DNA of 64,000 nt from a virus (Duplodnaviria > Caudoviricetes): positions 21,360-85,359 of the IMG/VR virus record IMGVR_UViG_2834917809_000007; one strand, 5' to 3'. Positions 18,905 to 28,787 of this stretch are shown here, piece after piece (position 1 is the stretch's first letter; the number at the start of each line of letters is the position of its first letter). The position numbers and the translations under genes are program-made. The notes beneath the pieces are model-generated. The model searched no databases. It had not been told where the DNA came from and saw only the letters and a program-made list of their open reading frames with translations.

Positions 18905-20286
18905 TGGCTAAGTATAAGGCGTATCCGGAGTATAAGGATTCTGGAGTTGAGTGGTTGGGGGAACTTCCAGCTCATTGGACAACGCTAGCAATAAAACATG
19001 TTGCTCAATTAAATCCTTCTAAATCATGCATTAGCATAGAAAAAATGAAAGGGATGTGTAGCTTTATTCCGATGGAAAAGCTCAAATTCAATTCCTTATG
19101 TTTAGATGAAATAAAAGATGTTACCGATGTATATAATGGATATACATATTTTGAAAATGAAGACATCCTAATTGCAAAAGTCACACCATGCTTCGAAAAT
19201 AAAAACATGGTCGTTGCGCGTGATTTGAACAATGGCGTAGGATTTGGTTCTTCTGAAATTTATGTTTTACGTTGCAATGATATTATAAACAATGATTTTT
19301 TATTTTATCGTCTTCAGGAAGATAGCTTCATGTTCATAGCTGAAGGTGCTATGACCGGTGCCGGTGGATTGAAGAGGGTACCTTCAGAAGTTCTAAATAA
19401 TTTTAAATTTGGGCTTCCAAGTAAAAAAGAGCAATCAATAATAGTAGATTTCCTCAAGCACGAAACCGCAAAAATCGACAACCTGATCGAGAAACAACAG
19501 CAACTGATTGAACTGCTGAAAGAAAAACGTCAGTCAGTGATTAGCCATGCCGTCACCAAAGGGCTAAACCCTGATGTGCCGATGAAAGATTCCGGTGTTG
19601 AGTGGTTAGGGGAAGTGCCGGATCATTGGGAACTCGTACCACTTAAATACTTGTGCAATTTTAGTGGGGGTGGGACTCCGACAAAAGATAACTTATCTTA
19701 TTGGCAAGGGGGGACTGTTCCATGGGTTTCTCCGAAAGATATGAAGTCTTTTTGGATTTCAGAAACTCAAGATTATGTTACACCAAAAGCAGTAAGTGAA
19801 TCTTCAACAAACTATATTGAAGAAGGTTCATTGCTCATGGTAGTTCGTTCTGGAATTCTTCAGCGAAATATTCCTGTGGCTATAAATATCGTAAAGGTTA
19901 CGATGAATCAGGATATGAAAGCGTTAAGATTTAATGAAAGAATGAAGGCCCATTATGCAGCGTATTTTATCAACGGGAATGTCAATTCTTTGTTGTTAGA
20001 ATGGACAAAAGAAGGGGCTACTGTCGAAAGCATTGAGCATGAGTATCTTGCAAATGGATTGATCCCTGTTCCACCGATAGATGAGCAACATTCGATAATT
20101 AAGAGCATCTCAGGCCAAATGATACGCTTTGAGTTATTGGAAGAAAAAGCATTAACAGGTATCCTACTTCTCCAGGAACGCCGCACCGCCCTTATCTCAG
20201 CCGCCGTCACCGGAAAAATCGACGTCCGCGACTGGGTTGCCCCTGACGCGCAGGATGTTGAGGCATCACAGGAGGCTACCGCATGA
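18904..20286 (+). CDS. hsdS: Type I R-M specificity subunit
   Basis: Two AT-rich TRDs, each preceded by KDSGVEWLGE; conserved spacer helices (LKEKRQSVISHAVTKG, LQERRTALISAAVTG). Confidence 0.95.
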   Translation: MAKYKAYPEYKDSGVEWLGELPAHWTTLAIKHVAQLNPSKSCISIEKMKGMCSFIPMEKLKFNSLCLDEIKDVTDVYNGYTYFENEDILIAKVTPCFENKNMVVARDLNNGVGFGSSEIYVLRCNDIINNDFLFYRLQEDSFMFIAEGAMTGAGGLKRVPSEVLNNFKFGLPSKKEQSIIVDFLKHETAKIDNLIEKQQQLIELLKEKRQSVISHAVTKGLNPDVPMKDSGVEWLGEVPDHWELVPLKYLCNFSGGGTPTKDNLSYWQGGTVPWVSPKDMKSFWISETQDYVTPKAVSESSTNYIEEGSLLMVVRSGILQRNIPVAINIVKVTMNQDMKALRFNERMKAHYAAYFINGNVNSLLLEWTKEGATVESIEHEYLANGLIPVPPIDEQHSIIKSISGQMIRFELLEEKALTGILLLQERRTALISAAVTGKIDVRDWVAPDAQDVEASQEATA

Positions 20287-23200
20287 GCATGGACAGCACC
20301 AAAGAGCTGATCTTCCAGAATGAGATGATTGCTCAGATGATCGACCGAGGCTGGATTCTCGGCAAAACTGACGGCTACGATCGCGAACGTGCGCTGTACT
20401 CGCAGGATACGCTGACCTTTGTGCAGACCACGCAGCCGCAGGAGTGGGAGAAGTTTGCCAAAGTTTATCCTTCCAATACCGAGCGTCATTTCCTCGATGC
20501 GCTGGTGGCGCAGCTGAAAAAAGCGGATATCAATGCCACCGATGTTTTGTCTCGCACTTACGGCACGCTCGGCGTACTGCGTCATGGCATAAAAAGCCAT
20601 AATGCGCGTTTTTCGCTGTGTCAGTTTAAGCCGGAACATAGCCTCAACCCGGAAACCCTGACGCGCTACAAACAGAATATCTGCCGCATCGTGCCGGAGC
20701 TGGTTTACAGCCCGCATGCGTCGAACGCCGCATTTGAAGAAACGGGCGTGAAGGCAAAGAAATGGCGTATCGACCTGGTGTTGTTCGTCAATGGCCTGCC
20801 GATAGCAACCCTCGAACTGAAGTCTGAATTTAAGCAGACGGTGCAAAACGCCATTACGCAATATAAGAAAACGCGTTTGCCGAAGGACCCTGGTACCAAT
20901 AAACCCGAGCCGCTGCTGACCTTTAAACGCGGCACGCTGGTGCACTTTGCCGTCAGTCAGTACGAAGTGTTTATGGCGACCAAACTCGAGGGAGATAAAA
21001 CCTTCTTCCTGCCGTTTAACAAAGGCACTCATGACGGTGGCGCAGGGAACGATATCCCGGAAGATGCCAACGACTACGCTACCAGCTACCTGTGGAATGA
21101 GGTGCTGCTGCCGGACAACCTGCTGAAAATTCTCGCCAGCTTCGTGCATCTGCAAATCGTCGAAAAAGAAAATGCCATTGGCCTGAAGTACAAAAGCGAG
21201 AGCCTGATTTTTCCGCGCTATCACCAGTGGGACGTGGTGAACAAACTGATCACTGCCGCTACGATGGAAGGGACTGGCAATAAATACCTGATTCAGCATA
21301 GCGCCGGATCGGGCAAATCGAACTCTATCGCCTGGACGGCCCATCAGCTTTCCCGCCTGTATGATGAAAATGGCGAGAAGCAGTTCCATTCGGTAATTGT
21401 GGTGACGGACCGCACCGTGCTTGACGATCAGCTGCAGGACACCATCTATCAGTTTGAACATCAGGATGGTGTGGTCGGGCGTATTAATAACAAAGAAGGA
21501 GAAGGTTCTAAATCGGACAAGCTGGCCTTCGCGCTGGAAAATTCGCAGCCGATTATCATCGTCACCATCCAGACATTCCCGTTTGTCCTGAAGGCGATTG
21601 AAAACAGCGTCAGCCTCAAGCAGCGCAAATACGCGGTTATTGCCGATGAAGCGCACTCCTCCCAGAGCGGCTCTACGGCGCGTCAGCTGAAAGAAGTGCT
21701 GATGACCGAAGAGGTGGATGACGATGTGGAGATGTCTTCAGAAGATATTCTGGATGCCACCGTCGCCGCGCGTAAAGGCAGCAACAACCTGAACTATTAC
21801 GCCTTTACCGCTACGCCGAAAGCCAAAACGCTGGAGCTGTTTGGCCGTCGTCCTAATCCGCAGGAACCCGCATCGAAAACGAACAAACCGGAAGCGTTCC
21901 ACGTTTACTCCATGCGTCAGGCCATCGAAGAGGGCTTTATTCTTGATGTGCTGAAGAACTACACCAATTACAAGGTGGCGTATAAGCTGCTGCAAAAGCT
22001 GGACGATCCTGATCGGGAAGTGGACAGCAAGAAAGCGAAGATCAAACTGAACCAGTGGGTCTCGCTGCACGATCATAATGTGTCGCAGAAAGTGAAGGTG
22101 ATTGTTGAGCACTTCCGTAAGCATGTGATGCATTTACTGGCCGGCCAGGCGAAAGCGATGGTGGTGACCAGTTCGCGTAAAGCGGCGGTGCGCTACAAGC
22201 TGGCGTTCGATAAATACATCGCCGAGCACAAGTACGACAAGATAAGTGCAATGGTGGCGTTCTCCGGGGAAGTGGAATTCAATGAAGATGACCACAACAG
22301 CCTTGCGCTGCTTCACCAGAAGTTCACCGAAATCAATATGAACCCAGGCCTCAAAGGCCGGGATATGCGCAAAGCGTTTGATACCGACGACTACCAGGTG
22401 ATGCTGGTGGCTAACAAATTCCAGACCGGCTTTGACCAGCCTAAGCTCTGTGCCATGTATGTGGATAAAAAGCTCGGCGGCGTGGAGTGCGTACAGACGT
22501 TGTCGCGCCTGAACCGGACATATCCTGGGAAGGCCCAGTCCGGCACCTTTGTGCTCGATTTCTACAACGAACCCGATGAGATTTTGGGTGCTTTCCAGCC
22601 GTACTACCAAACAGCAGAACTGACGGATGTTAGCGATCCGCAACAGGTCTTTGAACTGTTTGAAAAGCTGCGCACCAGCGGCATTTTCCTGTGGAACGAA
22701 GTGGAGCAGTTCTGCGAGGCGTTCTTCAGCAAAAACAAATCCAATGCGGCGATTAGCAATATCTGCAAACCTGCAGTGGAGCGCTGGAAGCATCGCTACA
22801 CCTCAGCGATTGATGCCTATGTGCTGGCCAAAGAGATGTTTGAACGCACCAAAAAGACCGGCGATGTTGTGCTGATCACTAATGCGGAAAACACCTTCAA
22901 AGAGTGCGAAAAAGAAAAAAGTAAGCTGGATATCTTCAAGAAGGATCTCGGCAGCTTTGTCCGCTTTTACGAGTTCATGTCGCAAATCGTCGATTATGAT
23001 GACAAGAACCTGGAAAAGCTGAGCCTGTTTGCTCGTCACTTGCGTCCGCTGCTGCATGAACAGCGTATCGAAGAAGACGAGATTGACTTAAGCAACGTCG
23101 AGATGAGCCATTACCGCTTGTCGAAGCTCCACGAGCAGCATCTGAAGCTACAAGAAGATGCTGAAGACTACAAAATCAAACCGGGGAATGATGTTGGTAC

Positions 23201-23531
23201 GGCAAAGCCGAAGGACAAGAAAGAAGAGTTTCTGTCGAATATCCTGGCGCGTCTTAACGAGCTGTTCGTTACCGATAATCTGACCGATAAAGACATGATC
23301 AACTATGCCTTCGCGGTGCGTGACAAGCTGTCAGAAAACCAGGCGGTGATGACCCAGATTGCCAACAATACGCGTGAACAGGCGATGCTGGGCGATTTTC
23401 CGAAAGCCATTGATGATGCCGTGATGGACAGCAACGACGCCCAGCAGGAGATGATGGTGCAATACCTCTCTAACCCTGAACTGGCGAAGGGCTTTGCTCG
23501 TGTAGTGTTTGATATGTTGAAAGGGGCTTAA
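20283..23531 (+). CDS. hsdR: Type I R-M restriction subunit
   Basis: D...ELK nuclease motif, SAGSGKS Walker A, DEAH box, TGFDQP. Confidence 0.97.
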   Translation: MSMDSTKELIFQNEMIAQMIDRGWILGKTDGYDRERALYSQDTLTFVQTTQPQEWEKFAKVYPSNTERHFLDALVAQLKKADINATDVLSRTYGTLGVLRHGIKSHNARFSLCQFKPEHSLNPETLTRYKQNICRIVPELVYSPHASNAAFEETGVKAKKWRIDLVLFVNGLPIATLELKSEFKQTVQNAITQYKKTRLPKDPGTNKPEPLLTFKRGTLVHFAVSQYEVFMATKLEGDKTFFLPFNKGTHDGGAGNDIPEDANDYATSYLWNEVLLPDNLLKILASFVHLQIVEKENAIGLKYKSESLIFPRYHQWDVVNKLITAATMEGTGNKYLIQHSAGSGKSNSIAWTAHQLSRLYDENGEKQFHSVIVVTDRTVLDDQLQDTIYQFEHQDGVVGRINNKEGEGSKSDKLAFALENSQPIIIVTIQTFPFVLKAIENSVSLKQRKYAVIADEAHSSQSGSTARQLKEVLMTEEVDDDVEMSSEDILDATVAARKGSNNLNYYAFTATPKAKTLELFGRRPNPQEPASKTNKPEAFHVYSMRQAIEEGFILDVLKNYTNYKVAYKLLQKLDDPDREVDSKKAKIKLNQWVSLHDHNVSQKVKVIVEHFRKHVMHLLAGQAKAMVVTSSRKAAVRYKLAFDKYIAEHKYDKISAMVAFSGEVEFNEDDHNSLALLHQKFTEINMNPGLKGRDMRKAFDTDDYQVMLVANKFQTGFDQPKLCAMYVDKKLGGVECVQTLSRLNRTYPGKAQSGTFVLDFYNEPDEILGAFQPYYQTAELTDVSDPQQVFELFEKLRTSGIFLWNEVEQFCEAFFSKNKSNAAISNICKPAVERWKHRYTSAIDAYVLAKEMFERTKKTGDVVLITNAENTFKECEKEKSKLDIFKKDLGSFVRFYEFMSQIVDYDDKNLEKLSLFARHLRPLLHEQRIEEDEIDLSNVEMSHYRLSKLHEQHLKLQEDAEDYKIKPGNDVGTAKPKDKKEEFLSNILARLNELFVTDNLTDKDMINYAFAVRDKLSENQAVMTQIANNTREQAMLGDFPKAIDDAVMDSNDAQQEMMVQYLSNPELAKGFARVVFDMLKGA

Positions 23532-23753
23532 GATTTATTAGCCAAGGTATGTATATCATCAAAATGATGAGTATTCTGTTCAATAACACAAGCGGGTTTT
23601 GTGAAGTGTTAAAACCTTTTAAGGCTTTTTTAGGGAACCTTTTCCCCATAAGAAAAGCTAAATCACACTGTTAATGCTTGATTAAGCATAGAGGTATTTA
23701 GGTTCAAAAATGTGAGCTAAAAAATTTACTGGCCGCAAATGCGGCCATGTCTA

Positions 23754-24221
23754 TCAAAAAAGAATTTTTTTATCTCTTTTATATAATGTTCTCAAATCTG
23801 CGCATGTATTAAATATCTCTGTAATACGATTATCGCTATGAGGTAATTCTCGTTGTAAAAAATCCACATTGTCCTGATGGTATTTTTCAGTCGTGACTGA
23901 GCGCCTTAATTGTATAAATAAATGTTTAGGATAGTTAGGTCCACCATAGTCCTTGATTTCCAAGGCTAACGTGGTAATTTCCTTGACTTTTCTTCTTAGT
24001 TTTTTTAATTCTAATAACTCGCTATCGTCGTTAGCACTCATCCAAAAAATCAAGGCAGAATCTTCTAATTCGGTAAGTGCCTTTTTAAGATCTCCCGCCC
24101 AAGTATTTCTAGCATTTTTCCGCAGAACAACCCAAGCAACGAACATGGTTATACCCCAACCAACTACTGTAATGCTCCAAGTGATATATAGAGCACAAGA
24201 TATTCCATTTTCAGCAGTCAT
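23754..24221 (-). CDS. Hypothetical protein with N-terminal TM helix
   Basis: Hydrophobic residues about 9-33; AT-rich; 10 bp downstream of the STAS-like gene. Confidence 0.7.
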   Translation of the reverse strand: MTAENGISCALYITWSITVVGWGITMFVAWVVLRKNARNTWAGDLKKALTELEDSALIFWMSANDDSELLELKKLRRKVKEITTLALEIKDYGGPNYPKHLFIQLRRSVTTEKYHQDNVDFLQRELPHSDNRITEIFNTCADLRTLYKRDKKILF

Positions 24222-24231
24222 AATTGCCCCG

Positions 24232-24573
24232 TTATTTTAATTTCAAATATTCATCATATATATATTCTTTTATTTCATCTGCTAGCTCAGGCTCTTCGTC
24301 TGTTTTTATCTTTAACGATTTAAGTAATTCGTAAGGAACGCCTTCGCGTATTAACCCACCAAAGCCTTCTTCTAAGAAAGAAGATCCGTACCCTGGCGTG
24401 CCATCTAAATCAATCATGATGGTTATGTTATTGTTTTTTTTGTAATCAAGTCCATATGTATCTTTGAGGATTTTAAGCATATAACTTTTAAATTCCTCTC
24501 CAGACTGGGGCCCAAGACGTTTGAATCTTGGGCCAGGATAGGGAAAACGCTCAGATATTTTTACAATTTTCAT
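24232..24573 (-). CDS. STAS-like (DUF4325-type) protein
   Basis: GPRF...SGEEF and IDLDGTPGYGSSFLEEGFGGL patterns; GGAG RBS. Confidence 0.8.
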   Translation of the reverse strand: MKIVKISERFPYPGPRFKRLGPQSGEEFKSYMLKILKDTYGLDYKKNNNITIMIDLDGTPGYGSSFLEEGFGGLIREGVPYELLKSLKIKTDEEPELADEIKEYIYDEYLKLK

Positions 24574-24585
24574 TTGTTAACTCTC

Positions 24586-24725
24586 CTACTCATCTGCCGT
24601 TAACGGGATAGCCCATTCAACAATTGTACCACAAACACTTGATTTTTGATCTTTTCTGAAATCATCAAGTTTTTTGTTATTTCTAAAATATCTATAATAG
24701 CCTTTATTACTATATATAGTTAGAT
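24586..24725 (-). pseudogene. C-terminal remnant of a histidine-kinase-like (GHKL) ATPase, cut by the IS
   Basis: Open frame up to the IS edge reads LTIYSNKGYY...SVCGTIVEWAIPL*, a typical HATPase last strand; such genes usually precede DUF4325 genes. Confidence 0.6.
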
Positions 24726-24754
24726 TGACCTGCCCCCACGATTAGATACAACAC

Positions 24755-25588
24755 TCAGTTAGTAACGTCGGAATCTTCATTCTCAGAATGACCCTTTCTC
24801 CAGCCCGCTGCAAATTCAGACGGTGTCTGATAATTCAGCGTGGAGTGCGGGCGGCATTCGTTATAATCCTGCCGCCAGTCATTAATAATTTTCCTAGCAT
24901 GAACGATATCGCTGAACCAGTGCTCATTCAAACATTCATCGCGAAATCGTCCGTTAAAGCTCTCAATAAATCCGTTCTGCGTTGGCTTGCCCGGCTGGAT
25001 TAAGCGCAACTCAACACCATGCTCAAAGGCCCATTGATCCAGTGCACGGCAAGTGAACTCCGGCCCCTGGTCAGTTCTTATCGTCGCCGGATAGCCTCGA
25101 AACAGTGCAATGCTGTCCAGAATACGCGTGACCTGAACGCCTGAAATCCCAAAGGCAACAGTGACCGTCAGGCATTCCTTTGTGAAATCATCGACGCAGG
25201 TAAGACACTTGATCCTGCGACCGGTGGAAAGTGCGTCCATGACGAAATCCATCGACCAGGTCAGATTGGGCGCCGCCGGACGGAGCAGCGGCAGACGTTC
25301 TGTTGCCAGCCCTTTACGACGTCTTCTGCGTTTTACGCCCAGGCCACTGAGGTGATAAAGCCGGTACACGCGCTTATGATTAACATGAAGCCCTTCACGG
25401 CGCAGCAACTGCCAAATACGACGGTAGCCAAAACGCCTGCGCTCCAGTGCCAGCTCAGTGATGCGCCCTGATAAATGCGCATCAGCAGCCGGACGGTGAG
25501 CCTCATAGCGGCAGGTCGACAGGGATAAACCTGTAAGCCTGCAGGCACGACGTTGCGACAGACCGGTCGCATCACACATCAACATCAC
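24755..25588 (-). CDS. IS3-family transposase OrfB (DDE)
   Basis: [22 protein letters not shown] motifs. Confidence 0.93.
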   Translation of the reverse strand: MMLMCDATGLSQRRACRLTGLSLSTCRYEAHRPAADAHLSGRITELALERRRFGYRRIWQLLRREGLHVNHKRVYRLYHLSGLGVKRRRRRKGLATERLPLLRPAAPNLTWSMDFVMDALSTGRRIKCLTCVDDFTKECLTVTVAFGISGVQVTRILDSIALFRGYPATIRTDQGPEFTCRALDQWAFEHGVELRLIQPGKPTQNGFIESFNGRFRDECLNEHWFSDIVHARKIINDWRQDYNECRPHSTLNYQTPSEFAAGWRKGHSENEDSDVTN

Positions 25589-25611
25589 GGCTTCCCGCTT
25601 CTGGTCTGTCG

Positions 25612-25875
25612 TCAGTACTTTCGCCCAAGAGCCACCTGAAGCGCCTCTTTATCCAGCATGGCTTCGGCAAGCAGCTTCTTGAGTCTGGCGTTCTCTTCCT
25701 CAAGCGACTTCAGGCGCTTAACTTCAGGCACCTCCATACCGCCATACTTCTTACGCCAGGTGTAAAACGTGGCATCGGAAATGGCATGCTTGCGGCAGAG
25801 TTCACGGGCGGGTACCCCAGCTTCGGCTTCGCGGAGAATACTGATGATCTGTTCGTCGGAAAAACGCTTCTTCAT
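25612..25875 (-). CDS. IS3-family OrfA
   Basis: HTH plus leucine zipper, [11 protein letters not shown]... Confidence 0.93.
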   Translation of the reverse strand: MKKRFSDEQIISILREAEAGVPARELCRKHAISDATFYTWRKKYGGMEVPEVKRLKSLEEENARLKKLLAEAMLDKEALQVALGRKY

Positions 25876-25946
25876 GGGGATGTCCTCATGTGGCTTATGA
25901 AGACATTACTAACATCGGGGTGTACTAATCAACGGGGAGCAGGTCA

Positions 25947-26437
25947 CACTTATCTGCTGCGGATTTAACCAATTCATACCCTCTTTTAACTTGTTTACGA
26001 ATTTCTCGCGTTATCAGAGCTAAAAAAGGCATATATATTGTTTTATCATGAGCACCGAAAGTGCTTTCGTCGCCATAAATTGCCTGATTTTCCCTCACTT
26101 CCGAGGCGAAATCGTCATGTATCTCATACGCGACCTCTGTAGCAGGAAGCTTAATTTCTAATGGTTGCCGATAAAGAACTTCACGAACCAAACGGCAGAT
26201 TAGGCTTAAGCGAAATTTTGCTCGGTTTTTTGAGGCAAGCCCACCTCGGCTGCCAGCTTCAGCGAAAAACCTAAAATGAGAATTCTTGTTTTTGAGCGGA
26301 TCATGAGCATCGCTCCTCATAGAAGTCCTGTTTAGGTAGTCATGACCTACATAATCTCCTAATAACAAATCATAGGCGTTATGACGCTGGAGGGATAGGG
26401 AGTCAGAATCAACCAGAACAAAATGGTCAAAAGACAT
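25947..26437 (-). pseudogene. Hypothetical gene truncated at its 3' end by the IS
   Basis: GAGG RBS and ATG at 26437; frame runs into the IS end, and the final residues of the listed ORF are IS-derived. Confidence 0.55.
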
Positions 26438-26530
26438 TGAGTTTCCTCGATTATTCATTGATAGCCATAGATAGAATTTGGCTAAGTTCATAGGGTTATC
26501 AAGAGGGCATCTATAACGATGTTAGAATCG

Positions 26531-26554
26531 TTACCTGACCCATTACCTGACCCA
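26531..26554. repeat. Integrase arm-type sites of island A (right)
   Basis: TTACCTGACCCA twice in tandem, same motif as 8989-9012. Confidence 0.85.
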
Positions 26555-26564
26555 AATTCGACGC

Positions 26565-26603
26565 AAAGAAAAAGGAGTCAGACGATTTCTCATCTAACTC
26601 CTT
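26565..26603 (-). terminator. Terminator supplied by island A downstream of the tRNA 3' end
   Basis: ggagttaga...tctgactcc stem followed by TTTTTCTTT on the minus strand. Confidence 0.65.
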
Positions 26604-26611
26604 GTTTTATT

Positions 26612-26658
26612 TGGTGGCCCCTGCTGGGCTTGAACCAGCGACCAAGCGATTATGAGTC
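26612..26658 (-). repeat. att core, tRNA-Ile(CAT) 3' 47 nt, copy 2 (one variant base)
   Basis: Identical to copy 1 except G for A at 26628. Confidence 0.95.
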
Positions 26659-26697
26659 CGAACCGTATTTCATTAAAAACAATGATTTACAGTAAAT

Positions 26698-27783
26698 TCA
26701 AGCGCATAGGATTTCGTATATTGTCGAAAAGTATTGCATAGTGCTGCGCTGTGCTGCCATTTTGCTGCCACCAATTAGGTTTAAGGGGTTAAGTTGAACC
26801 GCTTCTGTTAGATGGTCGGGGGCAAAGTGAGCATACCGCATTGTAACTTTAATATCCGTATGTCCAAGGATGCGTTGTAAGACCAGAATATTGCCGCCGC
26901 CCATCATGAAATGGCTGGCAAAAGTATGTCGTAGAACGTGCGACAGCTGGCCGTCTGGTAACTCTATTCCCGCGCGCTTTATCGCGCTCCTGAATGCAGA
27001 ATAACATCCGGTAAAGAGTGGCTTTGAGGTTCGGCTTTTGGGTAGCAATTCGTAAAGCTCATCACTGATTGGAACTGCACGGTTTTTCTTACCTTTCGTT
27101 TTGATAAAGGTTATTTTGCCGGGGCTTATCTGCTTGCCGGTTAAGCTTTCAGCCTCTCCCCATCTTGCGCCGGTCGCAAGGCAGATTTTGACAATCGTGG
27201 TTAAATCACCTGCTTTGCTTTTCTCGCATTCCTCAAGCAAGCGCGTCGCTTCCTCAACCGTAAGCCAAGCTAGCTCAACTTCTGCAATCTTAAACTCTCT
27301 GACGTTTTCGAGAGGGTTTGGTGCTGTCCAATCATCAAGTCTTTTCAGCTCATTGAACATAGCCCGAAAGTAAGCCAGTTCAAGGTTTACCGTGCGAGGA
27401 GTTACGGACTTAACGCGATCCGAGCGGGTTATTTTCCCGCTTAAACGCTGCTCTCTATACGTTGAGAATAATTTTGCGTTGAATTCAGTTGCGAGGGGAT
27501 CGCCCATAGCGAGACAGGCAAACTCCATTGCGCCTTTACGCTTCTCGCCATCAGCGAGTGTTACACCATGTGCGTTATACCAAGCTGTAACCAAATCACG
27601 AACGCGGCGTTTATCTGTTTTCTCACCCAGCCATGGCTTATCTTGGGCTTGTTCCTTTACATGACGCTCGAATGCCAGGGCCTCTCCCTTAGTGGCAAAC
27701 TGTCGCCGGATGCGTTTACCATCGCGCCCGTTTGGGAATACCTGGGCTTGCCATTTACCGTTAGGTAATTTTGATACGGCCAT
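26698..27783 (-). CDS. int: Phage integrase (186/HP1 type)
   Basis: TGARWGE, KTKG, HVLRHT, LGH, MRYAH motifs. Confidence 0.95.
   Translation of the reverse strand: MAVSKLPNGKWQAQVFPNGRDGKRIRRQFATKGEALAFERHVKEQAQDKPWLGEKTDKRRVRDLVTAWYNAHGVTLADGEKRKGAMEFACLAMGDPLATEFNAKLFSTYREQRLSGKITRSDRVKSVTPRTVNLELAYFRAMFNELKRLDDWTAPNPLENVREFKIAEVELAWLTVEEATRLLEECEKSKAGDLTTIVKICLATGARWGEAESLTGKQISPGKITFIKTKGKKNRAVPISDELYELLPKSRTSKPLFTGCYSAFRSAIKRAGIELPDGQLSHVLRHTFASHFMMGGGNILVLQRILGHTDIKVTMRYAHFAPDHLTEAVQLNPLNLIGGSKMAAQRSTMQYFSTIYEILCA
26752..26770. repeat. Arm-type repeats of prophage 2 (left)
   Basis: TGCTGCCATTTTGCTGCCA, identical at 61257-61275. Confidence 0.8.
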
Positions 27784-27784
27784 A

Positions 27785-28432
27785 TCAAATTTGCTCAGTT
27801 CGGGTAAGGGCTTTACCTATAACCTTTACGTCCTGTGCCATGCACTCAAATGAATGTTTACCATTTTCAACTTTGATACGTCCCCCCGGCAGGCGGTAAA
27901 GCTCACGAATCATTGCCACGCCATCCATTTCTATCAACCAGAAACCATCAACAAGCTCTCCAGCAAACTCATCAACTATCCAAAACAGACCTTCTGTTGC
28001 TATTAGCTGCGGGGAAGAAGCATCAGCAGGAATCATGTCTGAGGCAATGAATACCTGTTTTTGAGATTTCACAATCCCATTTTGGATGTTTAGGTAATCA
28101 ATTTGTGTTGATAAGGGCTGTTTGATTTCCATTGCGGGCTTTTCTTTTATCTCAGGCTGAGCCGGTGCTTCCCCGTGTCCATAGACAAGCCATTCAAGAG
28201 AGGCGCCCGTTTCCATTGCACAAATCAACACCCAATCTGCAGGGAAGTTACCACGTGAAACCCTATTGGCCATGGTGCTCTGTGAAATGTTCAGGTGGCG
28301 GCAAAGTGCTTGTCTCGATGTGAAACCGTAAGCAATGCAAATCCGCTCTATAGGGTCTTTCCCCCCAACAGGTAGCTCTAGGCTTTTACGATTCGTAAAA
28401 TCTTTTTGTTGACCGTTCCAATTTTGGATCAT
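27785..28432 (-). CDS. cI: 186-type CI repressor
   Basis: AYGFTSRQALCRHL...RGNFPADWV HTH domain; directly upstream of int; start codon uncertain. Confidence 0.88.
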   Translation of the reverse strand: MIQNWNGQQKDFTNRKSLELPVGGKDPIERICIAYGFTSRQALCRHLNISQSTMANRVSRGNFPADWVLICAMETGASLEWLVYGHGEAPAQPEIKEKPAMEIKQPLSTQIDYLNIQNGIVKSQKQVFIASDMIPADASSPQLIATEGLFWIVDEFAGELVDGFWLIEMDGVAMIRELYRLPGGRIKVENGKHSFECMAQDVKVIGKALTRTEQI

Positions 28433-28443
28433 AGTATTTACGC

Positions 28444-28512
28444 ATAGTGAGTTGTTGAATAGTGTTAAACAGTGCCGAATAGTGAGTTTGGCGCTCCAAC
28501 TGAGGAATAGTG
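28444..28512. promoter_or_regulatory. Lysis/lysogeny switch region with repeated (GA)ATAGTG boxes
   Basis: Four copies (28444, 28457, 28477, 28505) between divergent cI and apl/cox. Confidence 0.45.
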
Positions 28513-28516
28513 CATC

Positions 28517-28753
28517 ATGAAACGACAATTATCAATGCGTCCCAGCATCAACCTCGTGGTGTCGGAACCGTACATCACTCTCGATGAGTTCTGCCGCCGC
28601 ACTGGTTACAAGCTTAGCTATGCCCGCCAGATGGTCCGTGAGGGCCGCCTTCCTATCCGCAAAAAAGAAGGTGCGAACAGCCTGGTAGAAGTGAACATGT
28701 TCGCGTTGACGATGGAAGCCGCCCAGGGCTGCGAAATCGCAATGCAAGCCTGA
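28517..28753 (+). CDS. Apl/Cox excisionase-repressor
   Basis: ITLDEFCRRTG winged-HTH; divergent from cI. Confidence 0.8.
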   Translation: MKRQLSMRPSINLVVSEPYITLDEFCRRTGYKLSYARQMVREGRLPIRKKEGANSLVEVNMFALTMEAAQGCEIAMQA

Positions 28754-28787
28754 TAGTTCCATTTTGGGATAGAAAAGGACTCACAGC

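Larger units (their letters stand above)
24726..25946 (-). mobile_element. IS3-family element, IS407 group (IS1222/ISEhe3-like), 1221 bp
   Basis: Terminal IRs TGACCTGCCCCC and GGGGAGCAGGTCA; orfA/orfB pair; no target duplication. Confidence 0.93.
8816..26658. mobile_element. Integrative defence island A (17.8 kb)
   Basis: Flanked by att direct repeats; integrase at one end; matching arm repeats at both ends; defence-type cargo; no replication, capsid or conjugation genes. Confidence 0.9.

Noticed and set aside
16982-22793. Long antisense ORFs (329, 567 and 219 aa) opposite hsdM/hsdR
   Set aside because: Shadow frames of strongly codon-biased genes; no motifs or RBS
25925-26491. Intact 188-aa gene, or the N-terminal half of the ATPase remnant at 24586
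   Set aside because: The stop lies inside the IS; base composition differs from the left remnant and there is no target duplication to rejoin them
8816-26658. Island A as a P4-type satellite or PICI
   Set aside because: No primase/helicase, Sid, Psu, Delta or AlpA genes and no recognisable cos match
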